Assembly: GCF_964194155.1 (NCBI RefSeq)
Contig: NC_135882.1
Coordinates: forward strand, 15,996,001-16,060,000
DNA: 64,000 nucleotides
Direction: 5' to 3'
From: Cetorhinus maximus
Lineage: Eukaryota
In this document: positions 35,380 to 48,475 of the stretch, piece after piece
Numbering within the stretch: the stretch's first letter is position 1
How the letters are laid out: the number at the start of each line of letters is the position of its first letter
The notes under the pieces: generated by a model
Databases searched by the model: none
What the model was told of the DNA's origin: nothing
Seen by the model: only the letters and a program-made list of their open reading frames with translations
Translations under genes and position numbers: made by a program

Positions 35380-38300
35380 GTAAGTCAAGGCGGTATATAA
35401 AGGTATACTCATACGCAGATAATACCAAAGCCCAACATTGTATTCTTGCTCTCTTGGTGGACTGGCCTTATCCTCACTGAATATACCCATTAATGGTAGA
35501 TGGTCCAACACAAGGATGAAATGTCATCCATGCAGGTACTGGTGGAATTTTTTCAATCGGAATACCACCTTCCTTTTCTAGTTGGGAATAACCCTTCTCG
35601 GCTGTGGAGAGGGTTCGTGAGACATAGCCAATGGGCCTTTCTGATCCATTTTCAATTCTTTGGGCAGAAATTTTCCCTCGGTGGGCGGATGTGCACCCGA
35701 CCCGCTGGAGCGTGAAATGACGCACATTGACAACGGCCGAGCGTGCCGATATCAACGCACAGCCGTGCGATAGTTCGGTTGGCGGGCATGTGCCAGAGCC
35801 AGCAATCGAAAGGCCTGTTAAGGCCATTAAGTAATCAATTAACGTAAATTTTTCACTGCCTGTCCAACCTAATGGTTGAAAAGGCGAAAAGGCCAAGCGA
35901 CCTTTGCATTTTGTAGGAAACCTCATCCACCGGCGGGATGAGGTTTCCAAAAGCAAATAAAGATAAACTAAAAGCTTTAAAATTGAATTAATAACATGTC
36001 CCTGCTCATGGCAGAGTCACATGAGGGGACATGTTTTATTACATTTTTATTTTCTTCATTTCCTTTCTTTAACAATGCTTCATCTCCCTGGAGCAGCCCT
36101 GTGCCTCAGGGAGATTGTACAGCGCCCATTCACGCGCATGTGCGAAGATCGCGCTTAGCCCACTTGCCCTCCTTGCCACCTCCCGCATAGGCAGTACTGC
36201 GCGCTGCCACTTGCATTTCACATTGGGCAGCCCTTAATTAGCCCACCAGCATGAAATTGCGGTCCGTTCCTGATCGCGGGCAGCAGTCAGCTTCCCGGCC
36301 GGCCCCGCCAAGCCCGCCCACCAAAGGCAAAATTCTGCCCTATGTGATAACACGGCTCCTGCACCATAAGGAGAGGCACCACATGTTAATACCGACTCTT
36401 TCGATGGGCTGTAATGTACCAATAAACACGACGGATGCAGCAGCTTCTTTACTTTCACAAAGGCTTCTTCTTGTTATGAATTCCACGACCAACTGTGATT
36501 CTTTTTTAACAAGTGTAATGGTGCCAACACAGCTGATAAGTTTGGCAAGAAGCGGCTATAGTAGTTGATCATACCCCGGAAGGACTTGAGTTCGGTTACG
36601 TTGGATGATGAGGGTGAATCTTTTATTGCCCGAACTTTCTCACCTACTGGATGCAAACCCGTGGCATCCACCCTGTGACCCAGGTAAGTAACTTCTGGTG
36701 CTTGAAATGCGCATTTTTCCTTCTTTAACTGTACATTGGCTTCCATGAACCTTCTTAGCACCTCCTCCAGGTTGGCCAAGTGTTCGGTCTCGGTTGACCC
36801 TGTGATCATCATCTCGGTATACTACCACTCGGGGAAGTCCTTGTAAAAGACTCTCCATTGTTCTCTGGAGTATAGCGCACGCAGACGATCCTCCAAAGGG
36901 TAGGCGAGTATACTGATAAAGACCATTGTGTGTGTTAATAGTCACGTATTCTCTTGATGTGCTATCCAGTTCTAATTGTTGGTAGGTGTGGCTCATATCC
37001 AATTTAGTATAGGACTTGCCTCCAGCCAGCTTTGTATATAAGTCGCCTATCCTTGGAATGGGGTACTTTTCTAGTTTTGCTGCCTTATTTACAGTCAATT
37101 TATACTCTCCACAAATGTGTATGGTTTGGTCAGGCTTAACCGCTGGAAGTATGGGTGCTGCCCATTCCGAGAATTGGACAAGTTAGATGATGCCCAGCTT
37201 TTCTAACCAGCACAGTACTGTATCCACCTTCTCCTTCAATGTATAAGGCACAGGTCTGGCCTTAAAGAAATGTGATGTTGCCTGAGGATCCACACATATC
37301 TTGGCCGGTATGCCTTTTAACTTCCCTAATTCATTCTGAAATACCATGTCGTATATTTCCTTAGCAGTTCAGGAACTGCTCCTGTTTTCAGGTGAAATAT
37401 CTCAGACCAGTTAAGCTTGATCTTCTGTAACCAGCCTCGGCCTAAAAGACTGGGTCCTTCTCCTTTCACTATTATCACAGGCAGCTGGGCTGTCTGTTGC
37501 CTGTGAGACACTGGTACTGTGGCAATGGCCTTTACCTGAATAGATTCTCCAGTGTATGTCTTTAATTTAGTGGTTGTCCGCTCCAGGTTTATTGGCTGTC
37601 TACCTTCATTAAGGTATTTGAAAGTGTTTTCTCCCACCACTGCAGTTGAGGCACCCGTATCCACCTCCATTATTAGTGGTTTCTCTTTAACTTGGATTGT
37701 GACAGTGATAGGCTCGGTTTTTACACAGGTGACGTTATACAGGGAGTAAATGTCGGTATCGGCAGCTTCAGGTTCTGCTGTATTCTTTAATTCGATCATG
37801 CTGGTTTGCTGCTTTAAGGACTGTTTCTGCTTTGGCCTACATAGTCTTCCTATGTAGCCTTTCTTATGGCAGTAATGACATTCTGCCTCCCTGAATTTAC
37901 AGGTGTCCAGTCCATGGTCATCTCTACATCTATAACAACTTAAGCTTGGAGTCGCTGCTGAAGTGTTTCTACTTGGCCTTTTCATGTTTCTAACAGCAGA
38001 CATTGCATCTCCCTTCAATGCTGTGGGTCTGGTTTTTTGCGCCACGCTCGGTGGTAGGTTCCCGCTCCACATGAAGAACGGCGCCATGTTGTATGTGTTG
38101 CAAAGCCCTGCGGGTCTCTTGCAGCACTTTCCATGGCGAGGGGGATTTCTAGTGTGCACTTAAAGTCAATGTTGACCGCGGTGAGTGAACGATGATGTAT
38201 GGTGTCGCCCTGAGCTCTCAAACTAATCGGTCCCGCAGCATATCATTTAATGTCTCCCTGAAGTCACAGTGTTCTGTCAACTGCTTAAGGTTCACTACGT

Positions 38301-38619
38301 AGGTTGCGATGAACCACCCAGGGGCCCTAATTCTGGAATTAAATTTAAAACGCTGCATTATTATGGATGGTTTCAGCTGGAAGTGAGTTTTCACGAGGTC
38401 CATCAATTCTTTATAGGGCTTAGCACTGGGTAGGCTTGGGGCCGCCAGATTGCGAATGAGGTTGTATGTGTTACTGCCACATACACTCTAAAGGATAGCT
38501 TTCTGTTTTCCCTCCGCGGTAATTTCGTTTGCGAGAAAATAAAATCTGAGGCACTCTACATACTGGCTCCAGTCTTCCATAGTCGCATCACAAAGATCAA
38601 TTCTGCTGAAGAGTGACAT
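35380..38619 (-). pseudogene. Gypsy gag-pol pseudogene (Gag, two Zn knuckles, protease, RT, RNase H; integrase deleted)
   Basis: EDWSQYVECL.FYFLAN; CYRC...H...C and CHYC...G.I...C; EVDTGAS; YPIPRI, KLDMS, YQYTRLPFG and VVYRDD; ERPIGYVSRTLSTAEKGYSQLEKE. Confidence 0.9.
35662..36340. mobile_element. Harbinger-type MITE (~670 bp family) inside the Gypsy RNase H
   Basis: TIR GGGCAGAAATTTT / AAAATTCTGCCC with flanks TTT/TAT. Splits the GAVLSH|RIENGSERPI sequence. Confidence 0.85.
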
Positions 38620-40419
38620 GACTGGTGAGGAATCTTTTGTTTTTCTTAAGATTCAATGTACTCACGGTAACTGAAGGTTATACCTTCAGTTACTACAGCT
38701 CTCTTCTCCTTCATCTCCGCTCATTGTAAGCTATGAGGCATACAGCTAGGTCACCAGGCTCCATGTTTCTGATGTACTGCCCCTGCAGGGTGAAAGAGAG
38801 AGACCTGTGGGTTAGCTTGGGTATTCTAAGAACCCCTCTTGGTTAAGTCTGAAGGCCCCTTAACGCATCCCGAAGAGTGCTGGCCACCACTTGGATGGCC
38901 AGAGTTTAGTGCTCTGCATGGCTGCCTGAAACCCCACCCACCTCCGCCCCACTCCACCTGACCGATTGGCAGCAGCTTTGCCCATTGGACTGCATGCTGT
39001 CCTACCAGCTCAGGCACAGGCATTCTCCTAACCCACACTGCACGGCTGCACTGTTAGCTTGGCCCAATGGGTAGACTGGTCCAAACTGGGATGCTGACAT
39101 TGCAAGGGGCTGTGAACCTCCAGCAGTGACTGCTCCATGACCAGCTTTAGCAAGGAGATTGTACAACTTGCCCAGTCGTCCAACTGTTTTGCAGCCCACT
39201 AAAATGCTCATTGGTTTGCAGTCTGTGCCCGAGGGGTGAAAAGCTCAGGAGCATTTGGTGTCACTACCATGCCTTTGCATTACTTGAATGGGCAGATAAG
39301 CCAGAGGCCCGACTCCAAGCATACCAATGTGGCTGCATATGAACTGTCTCAGCTGCAGAGGAATGGTCACTTTATACAAGGTTTCCTAATCCATGGCCAC
39401 TTCCCTTGCACCCCCCTCCCCACCCCAGCATGTGCTTATGCACTTAGTTACCATCAGACCAGGCTGTCTTGCTCTCCCAACTCACCTCAGATGCAGTGCA
39501 GCCCTTGCCCGGGCACCGCACTGTCAGCCAGCTGGTAGGAAGTGACTTGCCTATGCCCTCGCCTGAATGCACGGTGCCTCAACCCTGAAGTCAAATGGGC
39601 AACCCTCATGAGGGTTTCGCAACATTACTGAGCACTCAGCTCCGAGTTCCCCTGGAAATGCAGCTCGCCAGACGCACGCCTTATAAATGCTGTTGTGAAA
39701 CACGCTGGCGTGCAATCATGCCAATGTGCTTGGATGATCCAGCATGGGGGGGATGGGTCCTGGAAGCAGGGCTTATCATGATATGCAGGTGTATTAAAAT
39801 GACGTTCCTGATGTCCGGCGGTGGGAAACGCGACCTGCCCTTAACAGGCGGAGCGGACAATCACAAACTGGTTTGGCGACAGTGTGAAACCGATTTTTCG
39901 TTTTCTTGTTACATTGTCCGCTCACGCTGCCTTGACGCCCGACGCCTACTGGGATGGAACATTCCGCCCATAGTTTTGAGGCAGGGCAATGGGAGCATTA
40001 ACCTAAACCCAGGCCTTTGCTGTGCTTGAATAGGAAATGCTTGATTCTGATGTGATGATAACATTGGGGAAAGTGTTCCACTCCACAGTACCAACAACCT
40101 GCACCTCGTGAGTGCAAAATTCATTCAGGTCCTTCTTGAAACAAGTGATGCATGATGTTCTGCTGCATTAGCCTGTGTAGGAGTGAATGACATGAGGTAA
40201 GCTGCAAGGCTTCAAATGTCTCACATTGGATGTTCATTTGCTGAAATTAGTAAAAAGAGAATCCAACTCATCAGCAAAAATGAAAAATTATGTGAATTTG
40301 GAAAGGATTTTGTAGAGATTCATCGAAAGCTCACAGTCTTTCTCATTCTCTACTAACTCTTAAACGGCGGGTCAGTATTTGCACGCTTGCCTCAGCCAGG
40401 AAAGTTGGGGGAGTATTGG

Positions 40420-40720
40420 AGGGGCTGCCTTTCAACTGAGACATGAGACCCTGACTGCCCTCTCAGGTGGGCATATAAGATCCCATGGCACTATCTCAAA
40501 GCTGAGCAAAGGAGCTCTCCCCAGTCAATATTCATTACTCAACCAACATCACCCAAAAAAAAAACCCCAAAAGGTTATCTGGTCATTTATTTCATTGCTG
40601 TTGGCAACGTGCAGGTTTTTAGCCACTATTGCAACAGCGGCTAGACTTCAAAAGTACTTCATTTGATTGTAAAACGTTTTTTGGACATCCTAGTATAATG
40701 AAAGCATTATATAGAAATAA
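40420..40720 (+). mobile_element. Deu-domain SINE
   Basis: gactgccctctcaggtgggcatataagatcccatggcactat...aaagtacttcatt. Confidence 0.7.
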
Positions 40721-42167
40721 AGTTCTGTCCTTCTTGCTCATTCACTATGCCATTGGCTAGATGGCTGCTTTGCACTTTCTTGGAATGCTGGTTATGAGAG
40801 TAATTGTCATTGGGATAAGTGCTCATACAAGGACATCTATGATTTATTCTTTGGGAATTGGCCTGCTTCGTACTTCTTCCCTGTTATTTATGTTGTGGAT
40901 GGATGAAGTATTGCAGGTAATTTCACTGAACAAACCAGTTCTTGTCGTTGCCGTTTGCTGAGGGCTCTTTCCTGACTCTTTTATGAAAACTACACTTTCA
41001 AATAGAGCATTGCTGCAAGCAGTTTGAGGGAATGCTGCCCAACCTTTGTTGGACAGGTACGTGCAATTTATCTGGAAAATCTTCTTCTTGCTATCATCTT
41101 AGCTACGCTGTGGTGAACCTATCAGATCGACAGAGCAATTGATAAAAGGGCGATAAATATTAGCCCAACATGCACAGGCTTATCAAACTTGAACCAATGG
41201 TGTGGTAAATATGAGCGAAGCAGACGAAGGCTCATCAAACTAGAGATAAACTTGAACATCCTTTTAACCCAACAATTTAAAGGTAAGAGAAGATCTGTCA
41301 CAGTTAAGACACATACTCAAGATAACACAATGTTCAGCAAACATGCTGGAGTCCAATGCTTCACGACACTATATCCATTATAATCCCATTGTTACAAATG
41401 ATCAACTGCAATGATTAAAACAAAATTAACACATATGATCTCCAGTGGTGTGGTTGCAATTTTCTGTATTGCTGACAAGGCGGCTAGTAGCTGGAAACTC
41501 TTGTACAAACTGAACTTTAACTATGTGGGGTGAGCTGCTGAATATTTCTATGCTATGCAATGATAACACACAAAAAGATATGGTCATGCAGGTTTTGAAA
41601 AAATCCCATGTGCTCATGAAGGTTTTGCAATCTCTCAAACAAGGATTTACGCAGGGAAATGAGTTTAAGGAATGATTCAGTCGACAACGGCACTATGTTT
41701 TATCAGAGAAGAGGCAAAATGTTTCCAACTCCCTCCAGTGTTATCCAAGTCGTACAGAGGCCCATCTGTGCCAGGAGGCTTTACAACTGGGCATTGGAGG
41801 TGGAAAGAAAGAATATCAGCCAGGATTGTAGCTCTTGTTCATTATCCAGCCATCCCTAGTGGAAGTGTCAACTACATTCCTCATATCCTAACCCCAGGAA
41901 CATTAAAACATTGGAGCAGGAGTAGGCCACATAGCTCCACGAGCCTGCTCCACCATTTGGTACAATCATGGCCTATCTTTTACCCCAACTCCACCTTCTC
42001 GTACCATCCCCATATCCCTTCATGTCCAAAGGAAATCAATCAATCTCAGTCCTGAAAATTTTCATTGACTCAGCTCCAGATGTAGGTAGGGTTGGGAAAA
42101 TAAATAAACTCCACTACTCACGAATAGGTAGCAACATGGCCTGCTTGAAGGCTTCCTTCTGTTACAG

Positions 42168-42455
42168 ATCATAGATTTATAGAATCATAGAATGGTTACA
42201 ACACAGAAGGCCATTCAGCTTGCCGTATCCATGCCGGCTCTCTGTAGGAGCAATTCAGAAAGCCCCACTCCCTGACCTCTTTCCTGTAGTTTGCAATATT
42301 TTTATTCAGGTAATTATCCAATTCCCTTTTGAAAGCAACAGTTGAATCTGCTTCCATCACACTCTCAGGCAGTGCATCCCACATCCTAACCACTCACTGG
42401 GTAAAAAAGTTTTTCCTCAAGTCACCTCTGGTTCTTCTGCCAATCACCTTAAATC
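42168..42455 (-). mobile_element. CR1 LINE 3' end
   Basis: Minus strand VRMWDALPESVMEADSTVAFKRELD followed by an (ATTCTATG)-type tail. Confidence 0.85.
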
Positions 42456-43734
42456 ATGGGAATGGTTTGTAAATTTGTAGGGAGATATCATGCCAGGGTG
42501 GTGCATTGCTGGTAGGTCTGGTGCTGCCATTTAGTTCCATTGGTGCCAGCAGCTCTCCAGTGCTAAGATCAAATATCCATCTTCACTCATCTTTGGATGA
42601 CCCTTGACATTCAGGGTGAACAGATGTTGAGCATCACAGCCCAATCCTGTTGTCACCTGACGTTGATACACATCCAGAAGGAGTGGCTGCACAGCGGTAA
42701 GAAATTGGAACCCTGGACAACTTGCCACTGCAGCCTAGGAGCATAGGCTGTGGGGGATTGAGTATCAGCCAGCGCAATCCGGCTGTAACACTGACTGAGA
42801 TAAGCACCAACCGAGAATCAAAGCTGAGCGGGTTCCTAGCGTGTTTAATGCTGACATTTGGAACATAAGGTCATGGAACAAAAGTAGGCCAATATCAGCC
42901 GTTTGAGCCTGTTCCACTGTTCAGTTAGATTTTGGTTAATCTGTAATGCAAATCAATTTGCCCATGCCATGCTCCACATCCTTTGATATCGTTACCCAAC
43001 AAAACTGTACCAACCTCATTTCGAAAATTTAAATTGATCTAATGTCATTTTCTGAGAGTTGGGGGATGGGGTGGGGGGAAGGGGGTGGGGGATGGAAGGG
43101 TGCGCAGGAAGACTTCCAGGTACCAGATTTTGGAAAGTGTTGCATTTCCCAGAGGATTCACCATTATACTTGGGTGGCACTGAAATCCAGTGAAAAATAT
43201 TTTTAAGAAGGAAACACAAATGCTGACATGAGTCACTGAGTCAGAACCTGGGAATTCTCTACCTACTATCACTGTGGTTGCAACATCATCGTATGCACTG
43301 TTGAAAGAAATGGCCTCCCACCACTTTCTGAGGGATACTAAAAACTAGGGAAACTAGAAACCGTCTCAATAAATGTGACCCAAATCCCAAGAACTTTTTT
43401 TTAAATGGAGTGTACCTGACGTCCAATATATTGGTAGGCATTACACAGAGTCATACAACTCTAGCATAACACTGTGTTAAGCTTATAGAAGGATCAATTT
43501 TGCTTAGAATTTCAGATCACTGGAGATTGGAACCGAATACAAAATGTAGAAGTAGGGCAACTGGAATGTGACAGGAGGAAACACAGACCCTCACGGTAAT
43601 TGTTTCTTTGCCTTGATGCAATGTTGTGCCCCTGGAGAACGACAAGGAAAGAAAAACAAATAAAGATGGAAGGAACCTGAGTTTGTGTAACATCGTCCAC
43701 CGCCTCAGAGCGAACCAAAAACAGCGTGCAGCCC

Positions 43735-43990
43735 AATGAAGCACTTTAGAAGTTTAAGTACTATTGCACTGTGGGAAATACAGCAGCCAATTTTCACACA
43801 GCAAGCTCCCAAAAACAGCAATGTGATCATGGCCACATAAGCTCTTTTAGGGGTGTTAGTTGATAAATATTGGCCAGATCACCAAGGAGAACTCCCCTGC
43901 TCTTTTTTGAAGAGCGCTCAAGCCTCTGGAGTGGGCCTTGAACCCATAACATTGCAGGTGAGAGTGTGACCCCGCTGAGCTACAGCAGGC
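43735..43990 (-). mobile_element. Deu-domain SINE with internal deletion
   Basis: cacagcaagctccc...gataaatattggccag...gctcaagcctctggagtgggccttgaaccc. Confidence 0.7.
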
Positions 43991-44908
43991 ACCAGCCCCC
44001 ATTTGGTTTCTTGGCATTAATCCAATTTGCTTTGTTTTATAAGTAAGTTTGTTTTTTGGCAGAGTGGATGGTTTTTCCCTCCTCCTCCTCCACCTCCTAC
44101 TCCTCCTTTCCACCGAAAGTTTGACTCTTTCAGGGAGTCAGCTCCATGGGACCCAGGTCAGCCTCCAATAGGGCACCCACTTCATTCAAATGTGAGCTGA
44201 TCCAGCTAAAGTGCTGAAGGGCAAATCAAGCATGGAGGCAGCAGGTACCATCTGCTTCTGTCACAACCTTTTCTGGCAGGAGGTCAACAGATAACAATTA
44301 GGATAAGGGCCTGGTCTGTTCCTTTCCTATTGCTCAAAACACTGAGGCCAAATTGCAATGACACCTTTGACTGCACAAACTGAGATTACAAAGCTGGCAC
44401 AAGGATCTAACCTGAACCTTGCCATCAGTTTGTTTTAGTGTCACTCCGGACAATCCAGCTACCCACTAGGTCACTGTGTGAAATGGTTCATGCCTCTATT
44501 CAACAGAGCTCAGTTCCATTCTATCAAATGAGACATGGGAAACAAGTTCAATTCACTAAATGCTTCACCAAGGATATCTGTTTAGCGAGATGGAACAGAG
44601 ATAATAAATACAAAGATGATATTTTATGGTATTTTCACAATACCTCAGATGAAAGCAGTGAACTGCCATGGGAAGGAACACAAACTAAAACACCATGAAT
44701 AAGTGCAAATATTCCTGTTCAGGTCTAAACAAGGAAGGTATCAGCATGTGAAATCAGTCAAGAAAACTAGCAATCTGTGAGGATCTGTGGAATGGGTTCA
44801 CATTTGCTTTCCACAAATCGCTTCAAAGATGTTTCAGAGAGCACAACACCACAGTTTCTCTGACAAACCTTTGTGCTACTTAATCATTGACGCGGGTGAA
44901 AACTCACT

Positions 44909-45384
44909 GGGGCAGAAATTCACCTGAGGCCAGGAGCAGCCCAGGTCCCTTAACCTGGAGGCCTCAGGCTGGCCTGGTACTAGGCCTTGGGCCTTCAATA
45001 ATTTAATGGTGAAGCGGGGAAAATAGCAGGAGAGAAGGCAATTGCAACCAGGGCTGTGGAGCAGAGAGAAAGTCTTCCTGCTCCTCCTAGCTCCATAGAA
45101 CTTTTTAAAACTTTAAAACTTAGACCTTCAATGACGCCCAGCAGTTAGGCCGAATCCATGCCAGGAAAACCAGTTCTGACGTCTGTTTGACCAATTTCTT
45201 CAAGTGGTCTACAACAGGTGGCGCCCTCATATAGGATATGAAATTGGTCCCAATGTCTCCTTTAGGCAGCCATCTAGACAACTGAAAATCATCAAGGTTA
45301 ATATGGCATTGGATGGTTTGCAAATATTTTGAGGCACAGGAGCTAGCCCAGTGAAATAGGCCAGGGGCCTTCAATTTCTACCCC
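44909..45384. mobile_element. MITE (probably Harbinger-type)
   Basis: TIR GGGGCAGAAATT / AATTTCTACCCC (11 of 12 match). Confidence 0.6.
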
Positions 45385-45859
45385 CATGGGATGGGTCTCA
45401 AATCCAACATACTGTTCCAAACTGTTTTAAATTAGGATCACTTGGCCAATTCCAGGTCACCCATTTCATGTTGCCTACATGCCTTGAATTTGACCTGGTG
45501 TTTTAGTTGTGAATAAGCCAATTATATAGAATGGAGATTTTAATAAAGAGTTAAAACATATCTGGTTGTGTGGTGTAAAATCACACTTTAAGCTGCAACT
45601 GAACTTCCGTCAGGTTTACGCACACAATATTTCACACAGATAGTCAGCATTTCCATGGTAAATATTCGCGTATTTCACCCTGAAAATGGCTTCCAGTTTT
45701 GCCCCTCAGCTCCATCCTCGCTCCTGAATATCCAGTTGCTACTATTCTCTGGAACCCAACACTTCTTGCTGGGTGTGCAATAGTGTGCAACACCAGGAGC
45801 AGGCAGTCAGAGCAGGGGAGCAGACACTGGGGGAATCAAGCTGAGGAGCCTGTCGTGCC

Positions 45860-46390
45860 TGGGTGGGACAGGAAGGAGTTTCTGGTATTCTAACTGCCCA
45901 CAGCACCAACTGGAATGATCCCAGGGGCTGGGTTTTGCCAGTCCTTTGGAGATGGGCTGGGAGGCGGGAAACCCATAAGATGACACAGAATGATGAGGGG
46001 GCTGAATGCCCATTGTCTTCCTGTCACCATGCCACCTTGCCAGCAGTGGGGAAGACATCGGAAAGCCTTCCCATCCAGAGGCCAATTGAGCCACTTGAGT
46101 GACCAATTTAAGGGCCTCTTTACACCTCACTGGAGGGCCTCTGCATGGTGGAGGCCATCAGGTAAGCTCTGGCAGTGTCCTGGTGGGCTCAGAGCGGGGC
46201 CCTCCTAAATGAGTGCTCATTGGGGTCCCTCCGGAAGCAATGATGCCCCGATGGTAACGGTGCCACCTGCCCTCACCAATTCTTCCACCCGCACCCCCCT
46301 CCCACCCCTTCCTCCCACCCCTTCAACCATACATCAGGGTCTACTTGATTGGTCCCAGCACCCCCAGACCCCACATACTTGATTGTGAGG
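45860..46390. mobile_element. Degenerate GC-rich MITE-like element
   Basis: Similar to 29365-29960. Termini are unclear. Confidence 0.4.
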
Positions 46391-47249
46391 TGCCATCCAT
46401 CTATTGCGTCCTCTTCTTCCACAGTATTTTGTATATTCCAAACTATTGAAAAATACATCAAATAAAAAATAAAGGCTTTAAACTGGTCAACACATTTATT
46501 AAGCATTAAACAGCTAAGTGAAAAGAGATGGTATATTTACATTAATTAAATATTATTATTCTCAAAGCGTCCAAAACAACAAAGCTGCTTCCCATACGCT
46601 AACCCTCAACATTATAACTTACCCTAAAATACAGTCAGTTAATTTTTAAGTCTAATTAAACTAATGCCATCAGAGAGGTTTTGGTGTGAACTTATTGCTG
46701 CTGGTTTCAGATTCACCACTATCTTAGTGAAATTCGGTCAAGGTATAGCTCTGAATTCCTTTGATGATACACTGGAACAAAGGACAACTTCCTAAACCTA
46801 GGCTTAGAGAGTAAGGTAGTCACAAGATTCCAATAAAACTCCAACTGTCAAACAAAACCTATACTGTAAACAGCTCCTGGGGGTGTTGGAGGCTGGGGTG
46901 GTGTCTAGTGATTTTGGAACAGAATGCAACAGCCTGGCCCATTGACCAATTCCATACACCTTGATTGACCGATGAGACAGATTCCAATTTAAGGCAATGG
47001 GCAGCATTCAACCTAAGAATATTAAGGCCTCTCTAAACTATACTTCCTCTCCAAGGCTCACCCTGTCCTAGCAACTTTCTCTAGTCTCTCCTATCTCCCT
47101 TCATATCCTCTCCAAGCTTATCTTGTACAGGAGGCCCATCAGCTTCTGCTCTCTCACATTTATTCACACTAAATTGAGCATGCAACTTCCCTCTTGACCC
47201 CCTTTCTAACTTATATTATAAATAGTTCTCTAAACTTTATAAGTGATCC

Positions 47250-48200
47250 ATTCCTTTGAAGTATACAGTTATCACACAACTCCTCAAAAACCTATCTTTT
47301 CTCTTCCCTCCTTGCAAACTGCCGCTCCATCTCCAACATCACTTCCCTCTCTAAAGGTTCTTGAAGCTCTAAAGGTTCTTGCACTAGTGTTGTAAACTCT
47401 TCCGATCAGGTTGCTGCCTCACCACAGCACTGAAACAACCTTAAACAAAGCCACAAATGACATCCTTTGTGACTGACCATGATGCATTATCCCTGCTCTT
47501 CCGTCTTTAGCTGTCTGCAGTCTTTGATACGGTTGACTGCACCATCTTCCTCATGGTGTTCAATTGCTTAATTGTTCGGTATTTGATTATGTCTCTTTGG
47601 TATCTCTTCTTGGTGTGTGATTAGTTAAGCCTGGGTGTGGTTACTGAGAAAAGAGTTATGAAAAGAAGCAGCTGGAATCATGGAACAGACATTCTAAAGC
47701 ATTGAATAAAACTCTTGTTCATATAACTTGGAATGTATCATCTGTGAATATCTCCGAGGCATAAAACACAATATGCCTTGTATGCCTTTTCTCCATTATT
47801 TTGCTGGTTCCTTGCGGGTTCCACTTTTAGCTATCCATTTATAGCCATAGAAACTCCTGTAATGGCTTCTCTTCCTTGCCTCCCTTTGCATCATCCTATC
47901 TCTTCATTGCCTCTATGTTATCACACTGCTTGGAAGTGCTGGAAGTGACAACCATCCCTACCCCTCCCAACCCCCACAATCAAACACTGAGGAAAAGCAA
48001 TGCCATTGTCTTTTGCCTCCACCTCAAACTCAGTTTCCCAGCTATAGATTCCATCGCCCTCTTGCCACCATTTAAGACTAAATCACATTGTTCATGCTTT
48101 TGGTGTTCTGTTTGACCCAGATCTCAGTTTCCAACCATGTCCTCCCCATCAGGAAGATCACCTATTTTTACCTCTGTAATATGAGCTATATCCATCATTA
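47250..48200 (+). mobile_element. L2 LINE RT fragment
   Basis: Degenerate VITQLLK, LANCRSISN.TSLSK, HHSTETTL.K.TNDI and AVFDTVD motifs. Confidence 0.75.
47557..47773 (+). mobile_element. Possible solo LTR inserted in the L2 fragment
   Basis: ~215-bp unrelated insert starting TGTT and containing AATAAA. No clear TSD. Confidence 0.4.
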
Positions 48201-48249
48201 TTGTGATGGTCTGTTTTAGTGTTGTTTGGTTTAGGTTTAGGGGTATACA

Positions 48250-48475
48250 TTGACCAGGAGAGCTCCTTTTCTCTTCTTCAAATGGGATCTCCTCCACCCA
48301 CCTGAGACGGCAGATGGGACCTCAATTTTAATGTCTTGTTCAAAAGGTGACACCTCTGACAGTGCAGCATTCACTCAGTATGGCGTCAGCCTAGATTTTA
48401 TGCTCCAGTCTCTTGCGTGAGACCAGAACCCAGAGCCTAATCTCCCCAGAGACAAGTGCTATGCTGAGCACAGCT
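48250..48475 (-). mobile_element. Deu-domain SINE
   Basis: gggatctcctccacccacctgaga...acacctctgacagtgcagca. Confidence 0.7.

Larger units (their letters stand above)
34893..38697 (-). mobile_element. Ty3/Gypsy (Mag-lineage-like) LTR retrotransposon, defective
   Basis: TG...CA ends with a 5-bp TSD ACTCT/GCTCT. Intact 3' LTR preceded by a PPT. The 5' LTR is reduced to ~18 bp. Confidence 0.88.
33735..38764 (-). pseudogene. Harbinger DDE transposase, frameshifted and split by the Gypsy insertion (34893-38697)
   Basis: [71 protein letters not shown] and an acidic tail. The N-terminal piece is at 38698-38764. Confidence 0.9.
31017..39969. mobile_element. Full-span PIF/Harbinger transposon with nested Gypsy and MITEs
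   Basis: TIR GGGCGGAAT...CCCAG / CTGGGA...ATTCCGCCC and exact ATA TSD (31014-31016, 39970-39972). Myb gene on +, transposase on -. About 5 kb after removing the nested elements. Confidence 0.9.

Noticed and set aside
37326-38159. 277-aa ORF as a functional zinc-knuckle/protease gene
   Set aside because: It is the longest surviving piece of a frameshifted Gypsy gag-pol.
47348-47382. Short tandem duplication ctctaaaggttcttg
   Set aside because: Ordinary slippage inside a dead L2 fragment.
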